64,000 nt of DNA from Clostridia bacterium (GTDB lineage Bacteria > Bacillota > Clostridia > UBA1381 > UBA9506), in the NCBI GenBank assembly GCA_017546245.1, contig JAFYXI010000034.1, positions 929-64,928 on the forward strand, written 5' to 3'. This document shows, piece after piece, positions 54,056 through 63,649 of the stretch (its first letter is position 1; the number at the start of each line of letters is the position of its first letter). The position numbers and the translations under genes were made by a program. The notes under the pieces were generated by a model. It was not told the origin of the DNA. It saw only the letters and a list, made by a program, of their open reading frames with translations, and made no database searches.

Positions 54056-54853
54056 TTGAAAAAATTATTTTGTTTGATTTTATCAATGTTAGTTTTAAGC
54101 GGATGCTCTGTTAAAACCGCGCCCACACAAACCACATCAGGCACAAGTGCATACAGCACGCTGTCCAACAAATTATACGGCTGGGGACTAAAAAAGAATG
54201 TTAAAGCTCCGCCCGACATTCCGCAGGATGTATTAAAGCTTATGACAAAATACAACGCATATTACATCGACACAGTACCGCGCAGTCTATACCTAACCTT
54301 TGACGAGGGATACGAAAACGGCTATACCGGCAAAATTTTAGATATTCTTCGCGACAACGACGTAAAGGCGGCATTTTTTATAACAGGTCCTTATTTAGAA
54401 AAAGAAACAGAATTGGTAAAACGAATGGTAGATGAGGGACATATTGTAGGCAATCACACAATAAATCATCCTTCTATGCCCAAGGTAACAGATGACGAAA
54501 AACTTAAAAAAGAAATAACCGACTTAAACCTTAGGTTTTATGAAAAATTTGGTCAGAATATGAAATACATAAGACCGCCTATGGGCGAATATTCAGAGCG
54601 CACACTTGCACTTTCAAAAGATTTGGGATATACAAATGTTTTCTGGAGCTTTGCATACAAAGACTGGGAAAAAGACAAGCAACGCGGCACAGATTATGCC
54701 TATAAGCAAATAACCGACGGCATTCACGACGGATGTGTTTTACTTCTGCACGCAGTATCTAAAGACAATGCAGATGTATTAGACCGTGTTATTAAAGATT
54801 TAAAAAACGAGGGATATGTTTTTCGTTCGTTAGATGAATTTGGAATGCAATAG
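54056..54853 (+). CDS. pdaA: Delta-lactam-biosynthetic de-N-acetylase PdaA-like polysaccharide deacetylase
   Basis: 265 aa with a lipoprotein-type signal (LSGCS). PdaA-like blocks: YGWGLKKN, LYLTFDEGYENGYT, AFFITGPY, GNHTINHPSMP, LLLHAVS. TTG start after a GAAAAAGGTGA RBS. Confidence 0.65.
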   Translation: MKKLFCLILSMLVLSGCSVKTAPTQTTSGTSAYSTLSNKLYGWGLKKNVKAPPDIPQDVLKLMTKYNAYYIDTVPRSLYLTFDEGYENGYTGKILDILRDNDVKAAFFITGPYLEKETELVKRMVDEGHIVGNHTINHPSMPKVTDDEKLKKEITDLNLRFYEKFGQNMKYIRPPMGEYSERTLALSKDLGYTNVFWSFAYKDWEKDKQRGTDYAYKQITDGIHDGCVLLLHAVSKDNADVLDRVIKDLKNEGYVFRSLDEFGMQ

Positions 54854-54923
54854 ATTTTTTAACTGGGATATTCTTTATCTTCAGGGTTAACCTAATATCA
54901 TAAAAACCTTGGAGGTAAAACAA

Positions 54924-56174
54924 TTGCGCAAACCAATTTCACTAAAAAAGCGTTCGGTGATTTTTTTCTGTCTTTTTTTACTTTTATCGGCAGGAATCAC
55001 CGTTGATTGCTCTTTGCGGTATCCTGACTGCATAGATATATTTGAAGGCGAATTTTTAACAGACGACAATACCTCTTCAATTATTTTAGATATTCCTGCA
55101 TCAAACGAAGGTGTGCTGTTAGATGACGGAACAATATCGGGCGGCAGCTCAATACTGTCAGGCAGCTTTAATGCCGAGCTTAAGCTTTTCGGGATAATTC
55201 CCGTACGCACAATTCAGGTTGATGTTCACCCCAAAACTGAGCTTGTTCCCTGCGGCAATACCATAGGAATAAAAATTTTCACACAGGGACTTGTATGCGT
55301 AGGAACGTCTGAAATAAAAAGCACAGACGGCAAAATAACAAGTCCGACACTTGACTTTGACATACACGAAGGCGACATATTGCTTTCAGCAAACGGCACA
55401 CCGCTGGAAACAACAGAACAGTTGGCATCCATTGTAGAAAGCTCCTGCGGCAACATAATAAACTTTAAAATAGAACATGACAAAAAACAAATAATGCGTA
55501 AAATATCGCCCGTAAAAACACAAGACGGCTATAAGCTGGGACTTTGGGTGAGAGATTCTACCGCAGGCATTGGCACACTTACTTTTTATGATAATGAAAC
55601 AAAGCTTTTCGGTGCTTTAGGACATCCGATAGCTGACAGCGACACAGGAGCACTTATGCCCGTATCAAGCGGTACAATTTTAAACGCATCGGTGTTTGAC
55701 GTCAAAAAAGGCAGCCGAGGCGAACCGGGTGAGCTAAAAGGTGTTTTTTCAAATTCCGACGAATGTTTAGGATATATTAACAAAAACACCGAGCAAGGCA
55801 TTTACGGAAGCATCACACCTCATATGCTGCCGGAAACACACTCATCCATTCCCGTAGCATCAGGCAGTCAGGTCAAAGAGGGCGAAGCAACAATTCTGTC
55901 TAATGTAGACGGCAAAAACGTGCAGGAATTTTCTATCGAAATCCAGAAGATTATGCGCTATAATGCCAACGGCACAAAAGATATGGTTATTAAAATAACC
56001 GACCCTGCACTTTTAGAAAAAACAGGCGGTATAGTTCAGGGGATGAGCGGCAGCCCTATTATACAGGATGGAAAGCTAATCGGCGCAGTAACGCACGTTT
56101 TTGTTAATGATCCGACACGGGGTTATGGGATTTTTATTGAAAATATGCTGTCGGAGGCAGAGAAAATTAAATAA
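54924..56174 (+). CDS. spoIVB: Stage IV sporulation serine peptidase SpoIVB (S55)
   Basis: PDZ segment plus peptidase S55 blocks (GIGTLTFYD...[50 protein letters not shown]). TTG start at 54924, 5 nt after a GGAGGT RBS. Confidence 0.9.
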   Translation: MRKPISLKKRSVIFFCLFLLLSAGITVDCSLRYPDCIDIFEGEFLTDDNTSSIILDIPASNEGVLLDDGTISGGSSILSGSFNAELKLFGIIPVRTIQVDVHPKTELVPCGNTIGIKIFTQGLVCVGTSEIKSTDGKITSPTLDFDIHEGDILLSANGTPLETTEQLASIVESSCGNIINFKIEHDKKQIMRKISPVKTQDGYKLGLWVRDSTAGIGTLTFYDNETKLFGALGHPIADSDTGALMPVSSGTILNASVFDVKKGSRGEPGELKGVFSNSDECLGYINKNTEQGIYGSITPHMLPETHSSIPVASGSQVKEGEATILSNVDGKNVQEFSIEIQKIMRYNANGTKDMVIKITDPALLEKTGGIVQGMSGSPIIQDGKLIGAVTHVFVNDPTRGYGIFIENMLSEAEKIK

Positions 56175-56176
56175 TA

Positions 56177-56216
56177 AAAATGCTCGTCTACACTATATAG
56201 GCGGGCATTTTATTTT
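56177..56216 (+). terminator. Intrinsic terminator after spoIVB
   Basis: Stem AATGCTCG...CGGGCATT (one G-U pair) followed by TTATTTT. Confidence 0.5.
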
Positions 56217-56237
56217 ATGAAAACAGAGCGAATCGCA

Positions 56238-57005
56238 TCATCTTCTATAATTTGATGGCGAAACACCTTGTATCTTTTTAAATTTATTTGAAAAATAATA
56301 CATATTTTCAAAGCCACATCGTTCAGCAATTTCCGAAATGCTATATGATGTACCGATAAGTAGCTTTCTGGCTTTTTTGATTCGTTGTTCGGTGATATAT
56401 TGTAATACCGAAAGATTCAATTCGCGGCGAAACTTAAAATTGAGTGTGGATGCGTTTGTGCCTATACTGTGACATATTTGTTCAATAAGTATTTTGCCTG
56501 ATAAATTTTCATCTATATAAGCTATAGCAGAATTGACAAGGGTGTCGGAACAAGTTGTTTCTTCATAATTATTTCCCTTTGGATGGCTCTGAGAATAAAT
56601 CTGGAACAGTATGTCGAGAAGCAGATGCTCGCGGTATCCGGTAGATATTGCATCATCTCTTGAAAGTAAATTTTCCAGGTTCGTAATATTTGAAACAAAT
56701 CTCTGTTTGTCTGTAAAATTTATTTTTCCAAATGGTATTTCAATTTTATAGGGACAAACATTATTGCCCGTAAATTTTACATAAACGAACTCTATAGGCT
56801 CAATTACATTACGATGGTAATGAATGTAGTCTGGGAGAATATAACAGTCACCCGCAGATACCTTTTCTTTAATCCCATTTGTTTCTATAACAAAACTGCC
56901 TTTTTTGAGATAAAAAAGAGCGTGGGTTGGTTGATATCCGTCAGTTACATGGAATTCACTCCTGGTTGAATAGTTGGATTCTATAATTTTAAACGGAAAT
57001 TGCAT
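56238..57005 (-). CDS. AraC-family transcriptional regulator (cassette 1)
   Basis: 255 aa with an N-terminal cupin-like sensor and a C-terminal double HTH (IAERCGFENMYYFSNKFKKIQGVSPSNYR). Confidence 0.85.
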   Translation of the reverse strand: MQFPFKIIESNYSTRSEFHVTDGYQPTHALFYLKKGSFVIETNGIKEKVSAGDCYILPDYIHYHRNVIEPIEFVYVKFTGNNVCPYKIEIPFGKINFTDKQRFVSNITNLENLLSRDDAISTGYREHLLLDILFQIYSQSHPKGNNYEETTCSDTLVNSAIAYIDENLSGKILIEQICHSIGTNASTLNFKFRRELNLSVLQYITEQRIKKARKLLIGTSYSISEIAERCGFENMYYFSNKFKKIQGVSPSNYRR

Positions 57006-57108
57006 AAAAAAACCTCTGTTTATTGTTGGATTTTATAAGTTTTATTTTAGCATATTCTATTTTAATAGTCAATTGTGAGATGTATAATAGAGGAAAAGGA
57101 GTGGTTAT

Positions 57109-58455
57109 ATGAAACAGGTTACTTTAAATCTACAAAAGGAATATGAGTGCGATGTGCTTGTTTGCGGCGGAGGTGTAAGCGGTTTTGCGGCAGCGGTATC
57201 AGCTGCAAGATGCGGAGCGAAGACAATGCTTATTGAATCCGGAGGCTTTCTTGGCGGAACAGCAACAAAAGGTCTTGTAGCACCTTTTATGACTTGCTAT
57301 GATGCTGAAGGGAAAGAAAGAATTATAAAAGGTCTGTATTCAGAACTTGAAAAAAGACTTCTTGAAAAAAACGGAGCTGTTGCGCCTGAAAAATGCTCAG
57401 GTGGTGATAGTTACAGCGGATATCGCACAAAAGGGCATATCGGTGTAATGCCTTTTGATACAGAAACTATAAAAATTATTTTTGAACAAATGTGCCTTGA
57501 GGCAGGAGTGGAACTTTTGTATCATACCAATCTGTTAGGTTGTGAAAGAGAAGAAAAAAATATCTCAAAAGTATATGCGGCAGATAACAATGACATTATC
57601 TCCATAAGCGCAAAAATGTTTATTGATACTACGGGAACGGCGACTCTGGCTTATAAGGCAGGCGCTCAGACAATGCGCGGAAATGATGACGGAATACTGC
57701 AGACGGCATCTATGTTCTTTGTAATTTCAGGAGTGGATAAACAGATTTTGGACGAGTATATGAACAAGAACGAAGAAATGCGTGCAAGATATTTTATGGA
57801 TATTATCGAGCAGGGTAAAAAAGATGGTACATTCCCTTGTGGTACAAGGAAAATAAGAATATTTAAAAATCCCAATGGTACTTTTACGGTAAATATGGCA
57901 CAAATCGATGAGCAAATCAACGAACTGGATAACAGGGAAATTACAAAGGGCGAAATAAATCAGCGACTGCAAATTCAGAAACTTATTGAATTTATGCGTA
58001 AAAACATTCCGGGACTTGAGAATGTTGAACTTTTTGCAACAGCTTCAGACCTTGGTATAAGGGAAAGCAGACGCATTGTAGGCAAAACCCTTTTCTGCCT
58101 TGAAGATATTAAACAGGCTAAAAAATTTGACGACCGTATTGCGGTTTGCGCAAACTCTATAGATATGCATCAGAAAGACAGAGTGAGTTATACGGCTCAT
58201 ACCGGTAAAAACTATTATATCCCGCTTTCCTGTCTTATTTCAAATAGTGTAGATAACCTGCTTACTGCAGGAAAAAGTCTGTCGGCTGATAAATATGCTT
58301 TTGCTGCTGTAAGAGTTATGCCGCCCTGTATTGCAATGGGCGAAGCTGCAGGTATAACTGCAGCACTTGCGGCACAAAAAAGCGTTGCAGCAGGCGATGT
58401 CCCGCATGAAGAAGTGCAGAAAATACTTATTGATAACGGTGCATTTCTAGGATAA
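57109..58455 (+). CDS. FAD-dependent oxidoreductase (FAD_oxidored-like; cassette 1)
   Basis: 448 aa with an N-terminal dinucleotide-binding motif [30 protein letters not shown]. Confidence 0.75.
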   Translation: MKQVTLNLQKEYECDVLVCGGGVSGFAAAVSAARCGAKTMLIESGGFLGGTATKGLVAPFMTCYDAEGKERIIKGLYSELEKRLLEKNGAVAPEKCSGGDSYSGYRTKGHIGVMPFDTETIKIIFEQMCLEAGVELLYHTNLLGCEREEKNISKVYAADNNDIISISAKMFIDTTGTATLAYKAGAQTMRGNDDGILQTASMFFVISGVDKQILDEYMNKNEEMRARYFMDIIEQGKKDGTFPCGTRKIRIFKNPNGTFTVNMAQIDEQINELDNREITKGEINQRLQIQKLIEFMRKNIPGLENVELFATASDLGIRESRRIVGKTLFCLEDIKQAKKFDDRIAVCANSIDMHQKDRVSYTAHTGKNYYIPLSCLISNSVDNLLTAGKSLSADKYAFAAVRVMPPCIAMGEAAGITAALAAQKSVAAGDVPHEEVQKILIDNGAFLG

Positions 58456-58463
58456 CAGAAATT

Positions 58464-58484
58464 TGTTGTCCCCTATTGACAACA
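58464..58484. repeat. 21-nt palindromic junction motif, copy 1
   Basis: TGTTGTC-CCCTATT-GACAACA, identical to 61366-61386. It lies 8 nt after the oxidoreductase stop and immediately before the spoIVB remnant. Confidence 0.8.
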
Positions 58485-58619
58485 GTGGTGTCAGGCTCGC
58501 CGATAATTCAAAATGGCCGAATTGTGGGAGCTGTGACACACGTATTTGTGAATGATCCAACACGTGGATACGGCATATTTATTGAGAATATGTTAGCTGA
58601 GGCAGGAAAAATCAAATAG
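58485..58619 (+). pseudogene. Displaced spoIVB 3'-end remnant 1 (last about 42 codons, no 5' part)
   Basis: Manual translation gives (VV)[42 protein letters not shown]. It aligns with the C-terminus of intact SpoIVB, starting at the catalytic GMSGSP motif. Confidence 0.85.
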
Positions 58620-58621
58620 GA

Positions 58622-58662
58622 AAGGGACTGTAAAAAAATCTTACTTTTTTTACAGTCCCTTA
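58622..58662. terminator. Bidirectional terminator after remnant 1 / AraC gene 2
   Basis: Palindrome AAGGGACTGTAAAAAAA...TTTTTTTACAGTCCCTT. Confidence 0.65.
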
Positions 58663-58667
58663 ATTTA

Positions 58668-59378
58668 TTAAAGTGCAGAATTTTGTCTGAATTTAAGCGG
58701 GGAAATCCCGACTGCTTTCTTAAAAGAATTACTGAAATAATAAACATCATTATAGCCACAGTTTTCACCAATTTGACTTATTGAAAGGTTTGTGTTTACC
58801 AAAAGCTCTTTTGCTTTACTGATGCGAAAATCAGTTATACAATTTATTGGCGTTATACCATAATGCGACTTGAATTTGTGTATAAGTGTCTGTATTGAAT
58901 AACCTGTTATTTGAGCCAGTGTTTTAAGATTTATATTTTCCGAAAAATGTTCACTTATATATTCATACGCTGGAGCAATGTCGTTTTCTTTTGTGATTTT
59001 TTGCTTTGAAGTTAGGAGTATATCATTTACAAAATGTTCAATGATACGAAGCGGCGTCTTTTTTAAAATGGCATTTTCTATGTGCAATACTGTGTTTCTA
59101 AGCCTATTGATGTCAGTCTCATCATATTCCAATATTTCTGTATCGCAGATCGAATGAGAAAACCTAATGATTATATATGATATGGGCTTTATTATTCTTT
59201 TACGAAATGACACACCTTTTCTGAAAACGACAGGGTTAAAAGGAAGAATTTTTTGAGATGTGTTTTTTGTGGTGTATTCATATTCACCGCACAATGTAAT
59301 AATAAGACTGGTCGATCTGTGTGTGCCGCATTCAATTTCAAACTTTTCTTTGTATGAAATATCACAATGTAATACCAT
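58668..59378 (-). CDS. AraC-family transcriptional regulator (cassette 2)
   Basis: 236 aa with a C-terminal AraC double HTH (IGENCGYNDVYYFSNSFKKAVGISPLKFR). Confidence 0.85.
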   Translation of the reverse strand: MVLHCDISYKEKFEIECGTHRSTSLIITLCGEYEYTTKNTSQKILPFNPVVFRKGVSFRKRIIKPISYIIIRFSHSICDTEILEYDETDINRLRNTVLHIENAILKKTPLRIIEHFVNDILLTSKQKITKENDIAPAYEYISEHFSENINLKTLAQITGYSIQTLIHKFKSHYGITPINCITDFRISKAKELLVNTNLSISQIGENCGYNDVYYFSNSFKKAVGISPLKFRQNSAL

Positions 59379-59516
59379 ATATTATCTCCTTTAATATTTT
59401 ATAAAAAATCTAAAATTCTCTCTATTTATATAGTGTATAATTTATTATATAATATAAAATATAAAAACACAAGAGATTGGGTGATAATTTTGAAAAGGGA
59501 TGTTAAATCAAAAGAA

Positions 59517-61334
59517 ATGAGTTACGATGTTGTAGTAGTTGGTGGCGGACTTTCGGGAATGTGTGCAGCTATCGCCGCTGCAAGGCACGGAGCAAAAACA
59601 GCACTTATCCATGCTCGGCCCGTATTCGGTGGAAATGCCTCAAGCGAAATAAGAATGCATATATGCGGTGCATCTGCAAATATGGCAAAACCAATGCTTG
59701 AAGAAAGCGGGATTTTATATGAATTGTTGCTCGAAAATAAAGCATTCAATGATTATTTTAATTACAGTATTTGGGATATGATTTTGTATAAAAGAATAAG
59801 AGAACAGGACAATCTAAGCTTTTATCTCAATACTGTTATGGACGATTGCACTGTGAAAGACAATATTATAACGAGCATCATGGCTTATCAGCAAACAACT
59901 GAAACACGATATAAAATAACAGGTAAAATTTTTGTTGATGCAACAGGGAATTCCACACTTGGATATCTTGCAGGTGCAGAGTATAAAACAGGCAGTGAAT
60001 CAAAAAAAGAATTTAATGAGCCCCACGCACCAACTAAATCGAATAATAACACAATGGGAAACACTCTTTTATTTAAAGCTGTTGACAGGGGAACATCAAT
60101 TCATTTTAAACGCCCCGATTTCGCATATACTTTTACAGAAGAACAGTTAAAATACCGTACACACGGTAAGGTCAGCGAACAGACAAAAAAATATTTAGAC
60201 GAAGAAGAAATACGAATTACATCTGTTGGCTCTGCTACAATAGATACCGGTTACTGGTGGATAGAGCTGTGCGGTAATACAGATGATATTATCGATGAAT
60301 ATGAAGAAATTCGTGATGAACTGGTTTGTTGTATATACGGTATTTGGGACCATATAAAAAATGGCGGTAATCATGGCGCTGAAAGCTATGATTTAGAGTG
60401 GGTTGGAATGCTACCGGGAATGCGTGAAAGCAGGCGTTTGGTGGGTGATTATATGCTCAATGAAAATGATATTCTGGAAAACAGACAATTTGATGATGCT
60501 GTTTGTTATGGTGGTTGGCCTATGGATATACATACCCCCAACGGTCTTTATGATTTTGACAAAAAACCATCAGAAGTTTACTTTTTTGACGGGACATATA
60601 CAATTCCATATCGTTCGTATTACTCAAAAAATATAGAGAATCTTATGATGGCAGGAAGGAACATAAGTGCAACAAAAATGGCAATGGGTTCTACTCGCGT
60701 TATGGGAACATGCGCTGTTGGTGGTCAGGCAGTTGGAACAGCGGCAGCTATGTGTATAGATAATAACTGCCTTCCGCATGAAATTTTAAATCATATACAT
60801 AAATTACAACAAATTCTCCTAAAAGATGATTGCTATATCCCAAATGTTGCAAACTGTGATAAGTATGATAAGGCAAGAGAGGCAACCGTAAAAGCATCTT
60901 CCGAAAGAGAAGGTTTTGAAGCAGCAAATGTTGTAAGTGGCATAACAAGACAAACCGAAAGCAACACGAATTTATGGGTGTCTGATGGTGTGGCAAAAGG
61001 CGGAGAAACTCTGAGCTTTGAGTTTGGAAAGGAGTATAGTGTTTCGCAAATTAGGCTTGTTTTTGACACGAACTTTAACTATTCCATAAAGCAGACACAA
61101 AATTCGAAAAGACAAAAACAACAAAGAAAAGGAGTTCCGTCCGAGCTCGTAAAAGATTACAGCGTTGAATTATGGAAAAACAATTCGGTTGTTTTTCGAA
61201 AAAATATTTGCGAAAATCATCAACGTTTGAATGTTATTGATTTCCCCTATATTTCTTGTGATAAGCTTACAATCACCATAACAGAAACCAATGGAGCAAA
61301 AGATGCACATGTTTATGAAGTGAGAATATATTGA
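59517..61334 (+). CDS. FAD-dependent oxidoreductase with a C-terminal F5/8 type C (discoidin)-like domain (cassette 2)
   Basis: YDVVVVGGGLSGMCAAIAAARHGAKTALI dinucleotide motif. The C-terminal roughly 150 aa are discoidin-like (SVSQIRLVFDTNF...AHVYEVRIY). The start is uncertain: ATG 59517 or TTG 59490. The track start at 59433 overlaps a TGTATAAT -10-like box. Confidence 0.7.
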   Translation: MSYDVVVVGGGLSGMCAAIAAARHGAKTALIHARPVFGGNASSEIRMHICGASANMAKPMLEESGILYELLLENKAFNDYFNYSIWDMILYKRIREQDNLSFYLNTVMDDCTVKDNIITSIMAYQQTTETRYKITGKIFVDATGNSTLGYLAGAEYKTGSESKKEFNEPHAPTKSNNNTMGNTLLFKAVDRGTSIHFKRPDFAYTFTEEQLKYRTHGKVSEQTKKYLDEEEIRITSVGSATIDTGYWWIELCGNTDDIIDEYEEIRDELVCCIYGIWDHIKNGGNHGAESYDLEWVGMLPGMRESRRLVGDYMLNENDILENRQFDDAVCYGGWPMDIHTPNGLYDFDKKPSEVYFFDGTYTIPYRSYYSKNIENLMMAGRNISATKMAMGSTRVMGTCAVGGQAVGTAAAMCIDNNCLPHEILNHIHKLQQILLKDDCYIPNVANCDKYDKAREATVKASSEREGFEAANVVSGITRQTESNTNLWVSDGVAKGGETLSFEFGKEYSVSQIRLVFDTNFNYSIKQTQNSKRQKQQRKGVPSELVKDYSVELWKNNSVVFRKNICENHQRLNVIDFPYISCDKLTITITETNGAKDAHVYEVRIY

Positions 61335-61365
61335 TTTTTAGTTAAAAACTAACATTTAGTAAAAG

Positions 61366-61386
61366 TGTTGTCCCCTATTGACAACA
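61366..61386. repeat. 21-nt palindromic junction motif, copy 2
   Basis: TGTTGTCCCCTATTGACAACA, identical to 58464-58484 and again directly before a spoIVB remnant. Confidence 0.8.
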
Positions 61387-61512
61387 GTCGTGAGCGGTTC
61401 ACCAATAATACAGAACGGCAAAATCGTCGGAGCTGTAACTCACGTATTTGTGAATGATCCAACACGTGGATACGGCATATTTATTGAGAATATGCTCAAA
61501 GAAGTCAGCTGA
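61387..61512 (+). pseudogene. Displaced spoIVB 3'-end remnant 2
   Basis: Manual translation gives (VV)[39 protein letters not shown]. It shares a 54-nt perfectly identical block with remnant 1 (61441-61494 = 58539-58592). Confidence 0.85.
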
Positions 61513-61858
61513 AAAATGGGATGTAAATTTATCCCCCCACACACAAAATATGTAGTTTTTAAATTGTTTTTTCAAAAAAGTAAAAAACATTTCAAAAAGA
61601 AAAGGAATCTTAACTTAATGATATTTGAAATTCCCCTCTCTTTTTTATCTGCTTAAAAAGTTTAAAACAATGAATATTGGCATTATATTTCGTTGAGCGA
61701 GTAAATAGAGAGGGGGCTGTCAGATGAGATTATTTTTTTATTAAAAATTACCGATTTTATTAAAAATTGCTCGTTCTTTTTAACAGTGTTGATTTTGCTG
61801 TTGAGACGTGTTAAACTATACTAAGATTCAGTACTATTTGACGAAAGGAATATTTTAT

Positions 61859-62550
61859 ATGAATATACGAATCTTAGAGTTATTTCCGGTGCAAAAGCAG
61901 CTACAGGGCTTACAGTTATAATAGATGTATTCCGTGCAATGACAGTAGAAGCTTATATCATAAATAACGACGCATCAGAGCTTATTCCTATGGGCGATAT
62001 TAACGAGGCTTATTCATACAAGATGTCTAAACCTGAAACCGTACTTATAGGCGAACGCGGCGGTGCAAAATGTCAGGGATTTGATTATGGAAACTATCCT
62101 TCTGCGATAAAAAATGTAAATTTTTCAGGAAAAACTGTTATACATACAACAAGTGCAGGAACGCAAGGGATTATAAATGCACATAATGCAACTGAAATTA
62201 TTACAGGAAGTTTTGTAAATGCAAAGGCTATTGTTAAATACATAAAGAAAAGAAATCCTGACGAAGTTTCGCTGGTATGTATGGGACTTGAGGGAAAGAA
62301 AACTACTACAGAAGACAGATTTTGTGCTGAATACATAAAAAGTCTTTTAGAGGATGAACCTATAAAGATGAGCACGATTATTAACGAATGTAAAAAAACG
62401 GACGGAGCTAAATTCTTTAAGCCTAAAAACAATTTAATTTTTCCTACAGAGGACTTTTGGCTGTGTTTAGAAGCGAATGTATTTGACTTTGTTCTGTCTG
62501 TTGAAAAAGGAGACGACGGATTATTTCGCACAATAAGAAAGGATGTTTAA
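61859..62550 (+). pseudogene. 2-phosphosulfolactate phosphatase (ComB) family gene with an apparent N-terminal frameshift
   Basis: ATG 61859 gives MNIRILELFPVQKQLQGLQL*. The conserved ComB N-terminal block SGAKAATGLTVIIDVFRAMTVEA continues in another frame into the 61939-62550 ORF (LIGERGG, HTTSAGTQ, LVCMG). Confidence 0.6.
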
Positions 62551-62554
62551 TGTC

Positions 62555-63394
62555 ATGGAACTTGCAATTCAGTTTTATGATGCATGGAAATAAAGAGGAA
62601 TAGACGGTGGTATAAAGACTATAAAAGAAGCAGGATTTGATGCAATTGATATGTCTTATTATTACGACGCTGCCGCTTGTTTTCTTGGTGAGGATTATAT
62701 TGAAAAAGCATACGAAGTTAAAAATGCGTTAAAAAAATACAAATTAAAATGCCGCCAGGCTCATGCTCCGATAGAGTGTTACTATTTAATGGCGCAAGAT
62801 AACACGTCCCCGGAATATGTCAGACTTAAGCGTGCAATAGAAAGTGCCGGCATTATAGGCATAGAGCATATCGTAATTGTAGGTATCGAGGTTCCGGCAC
62901 CCCACGCATCATATCTTAATATTAACTATAACTATGATTTTTACAAAAGCTTAGAGCCGCTATGCAAACAATATGGTGTTATAATTGCTGTAGAAAATCT
63001 GAGAAAATCGTTTACTTATCCCGATCTTATGAATGAAATAATCAGAAAGCTTGACTCTCCTTGGTTTAAGGTTCTTGTGGATGTAGGTCATACATGGGTA
63101 AGAGCAGATATGCAGCCGGGAGAATATATCAGAGGTCTTGATCCTAATGTCATATGCGGTTTACACGTTCACGATACGCACGGAATCAGGAAGGGTGTAG
63201 ATGAACATCTTTTACCCTGGATGGCAGAAATTGATTTTGATGATTTAATGAAAGCACTTAAAGAGGTTGGGTATGACGGAGACGTTACTCTTGAAATCAG
63301 ACCATTTATTGAAAAATATGCATCGAAAGGTCTTCTTGAACCTGCCCTTAAGTTTGCTGAGGCTGTAGGACGAAAACTTGTATCTATGTATTGA
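62555..63394 (+). pseudogene. Xylose-isomerase-like TIM-barrel (sugar phosphate isomerase/epimerase) gene with an in-frame TAA
   Basis: ATG 62555 gives MELAIQFYDAWK, then TAA (62591-62593), then RGIDGGIKTIKEAGFDAIDMSYYYD... in the same frame as the 62651-63394 ORF. TIM-barrel blocks: AVENL, VDVGH, HVHD. Confidence 0.55.
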
Positions 63395-63447
63395 TATAAC
63401 CTCTTGCAATGTTTTAAATACATACCGATATGATTAAATCAAACAAA

Positions 63448-63595
63448 GGGGCTGTCTCAATAATCATATATAGCGAATAATTATGCAAGGTTTGGTTGTA
63501 GGAAATGGATTTATCCATTCCGCGGAACGCATTAATGCGTTCACTACAATATTTTGTGCATAAATATTTATAAAAAATGATTATTGAGACAGCCC
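63448..63595. repeat. MITE/REP-like palindromic element, copy 2 (inverted relative to copy 1)
   Basis: Perfect 20-bp terminal inverted repeats GGGGCTGTCTCAATAATCAT / ATGATTATTGAGACAGCCCC. The core at 63498-63547 is the reverse complement of the copy 1 cloverleaf. Confidence 0.8.
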
Positions 63596-63649
63596 CTTTT
63601 TAATTTATAAGTATCCTTAAGAATACTCGGCATAAATAATCCTTTTATT

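Noticed and set aside
58508-58771. 87-aa minus-strand ORF (and the similar 61399-61590 ORF)
   Set aside because: Both run antisense across the spoIVB tail remnants and terminators. They have no RBS, and their similarity to each other is just the shared remnant sequence.
21098-63595. The two inverted MITE-like copies as ends of a 42-kb composite transposon or invertible segment
   Set aside because: The interval contains core housekeeping and sporulation genes (fhs, murD, pncB, spoIVB) and no transposase. The copies are better explained as dispersed intergenic repeats.
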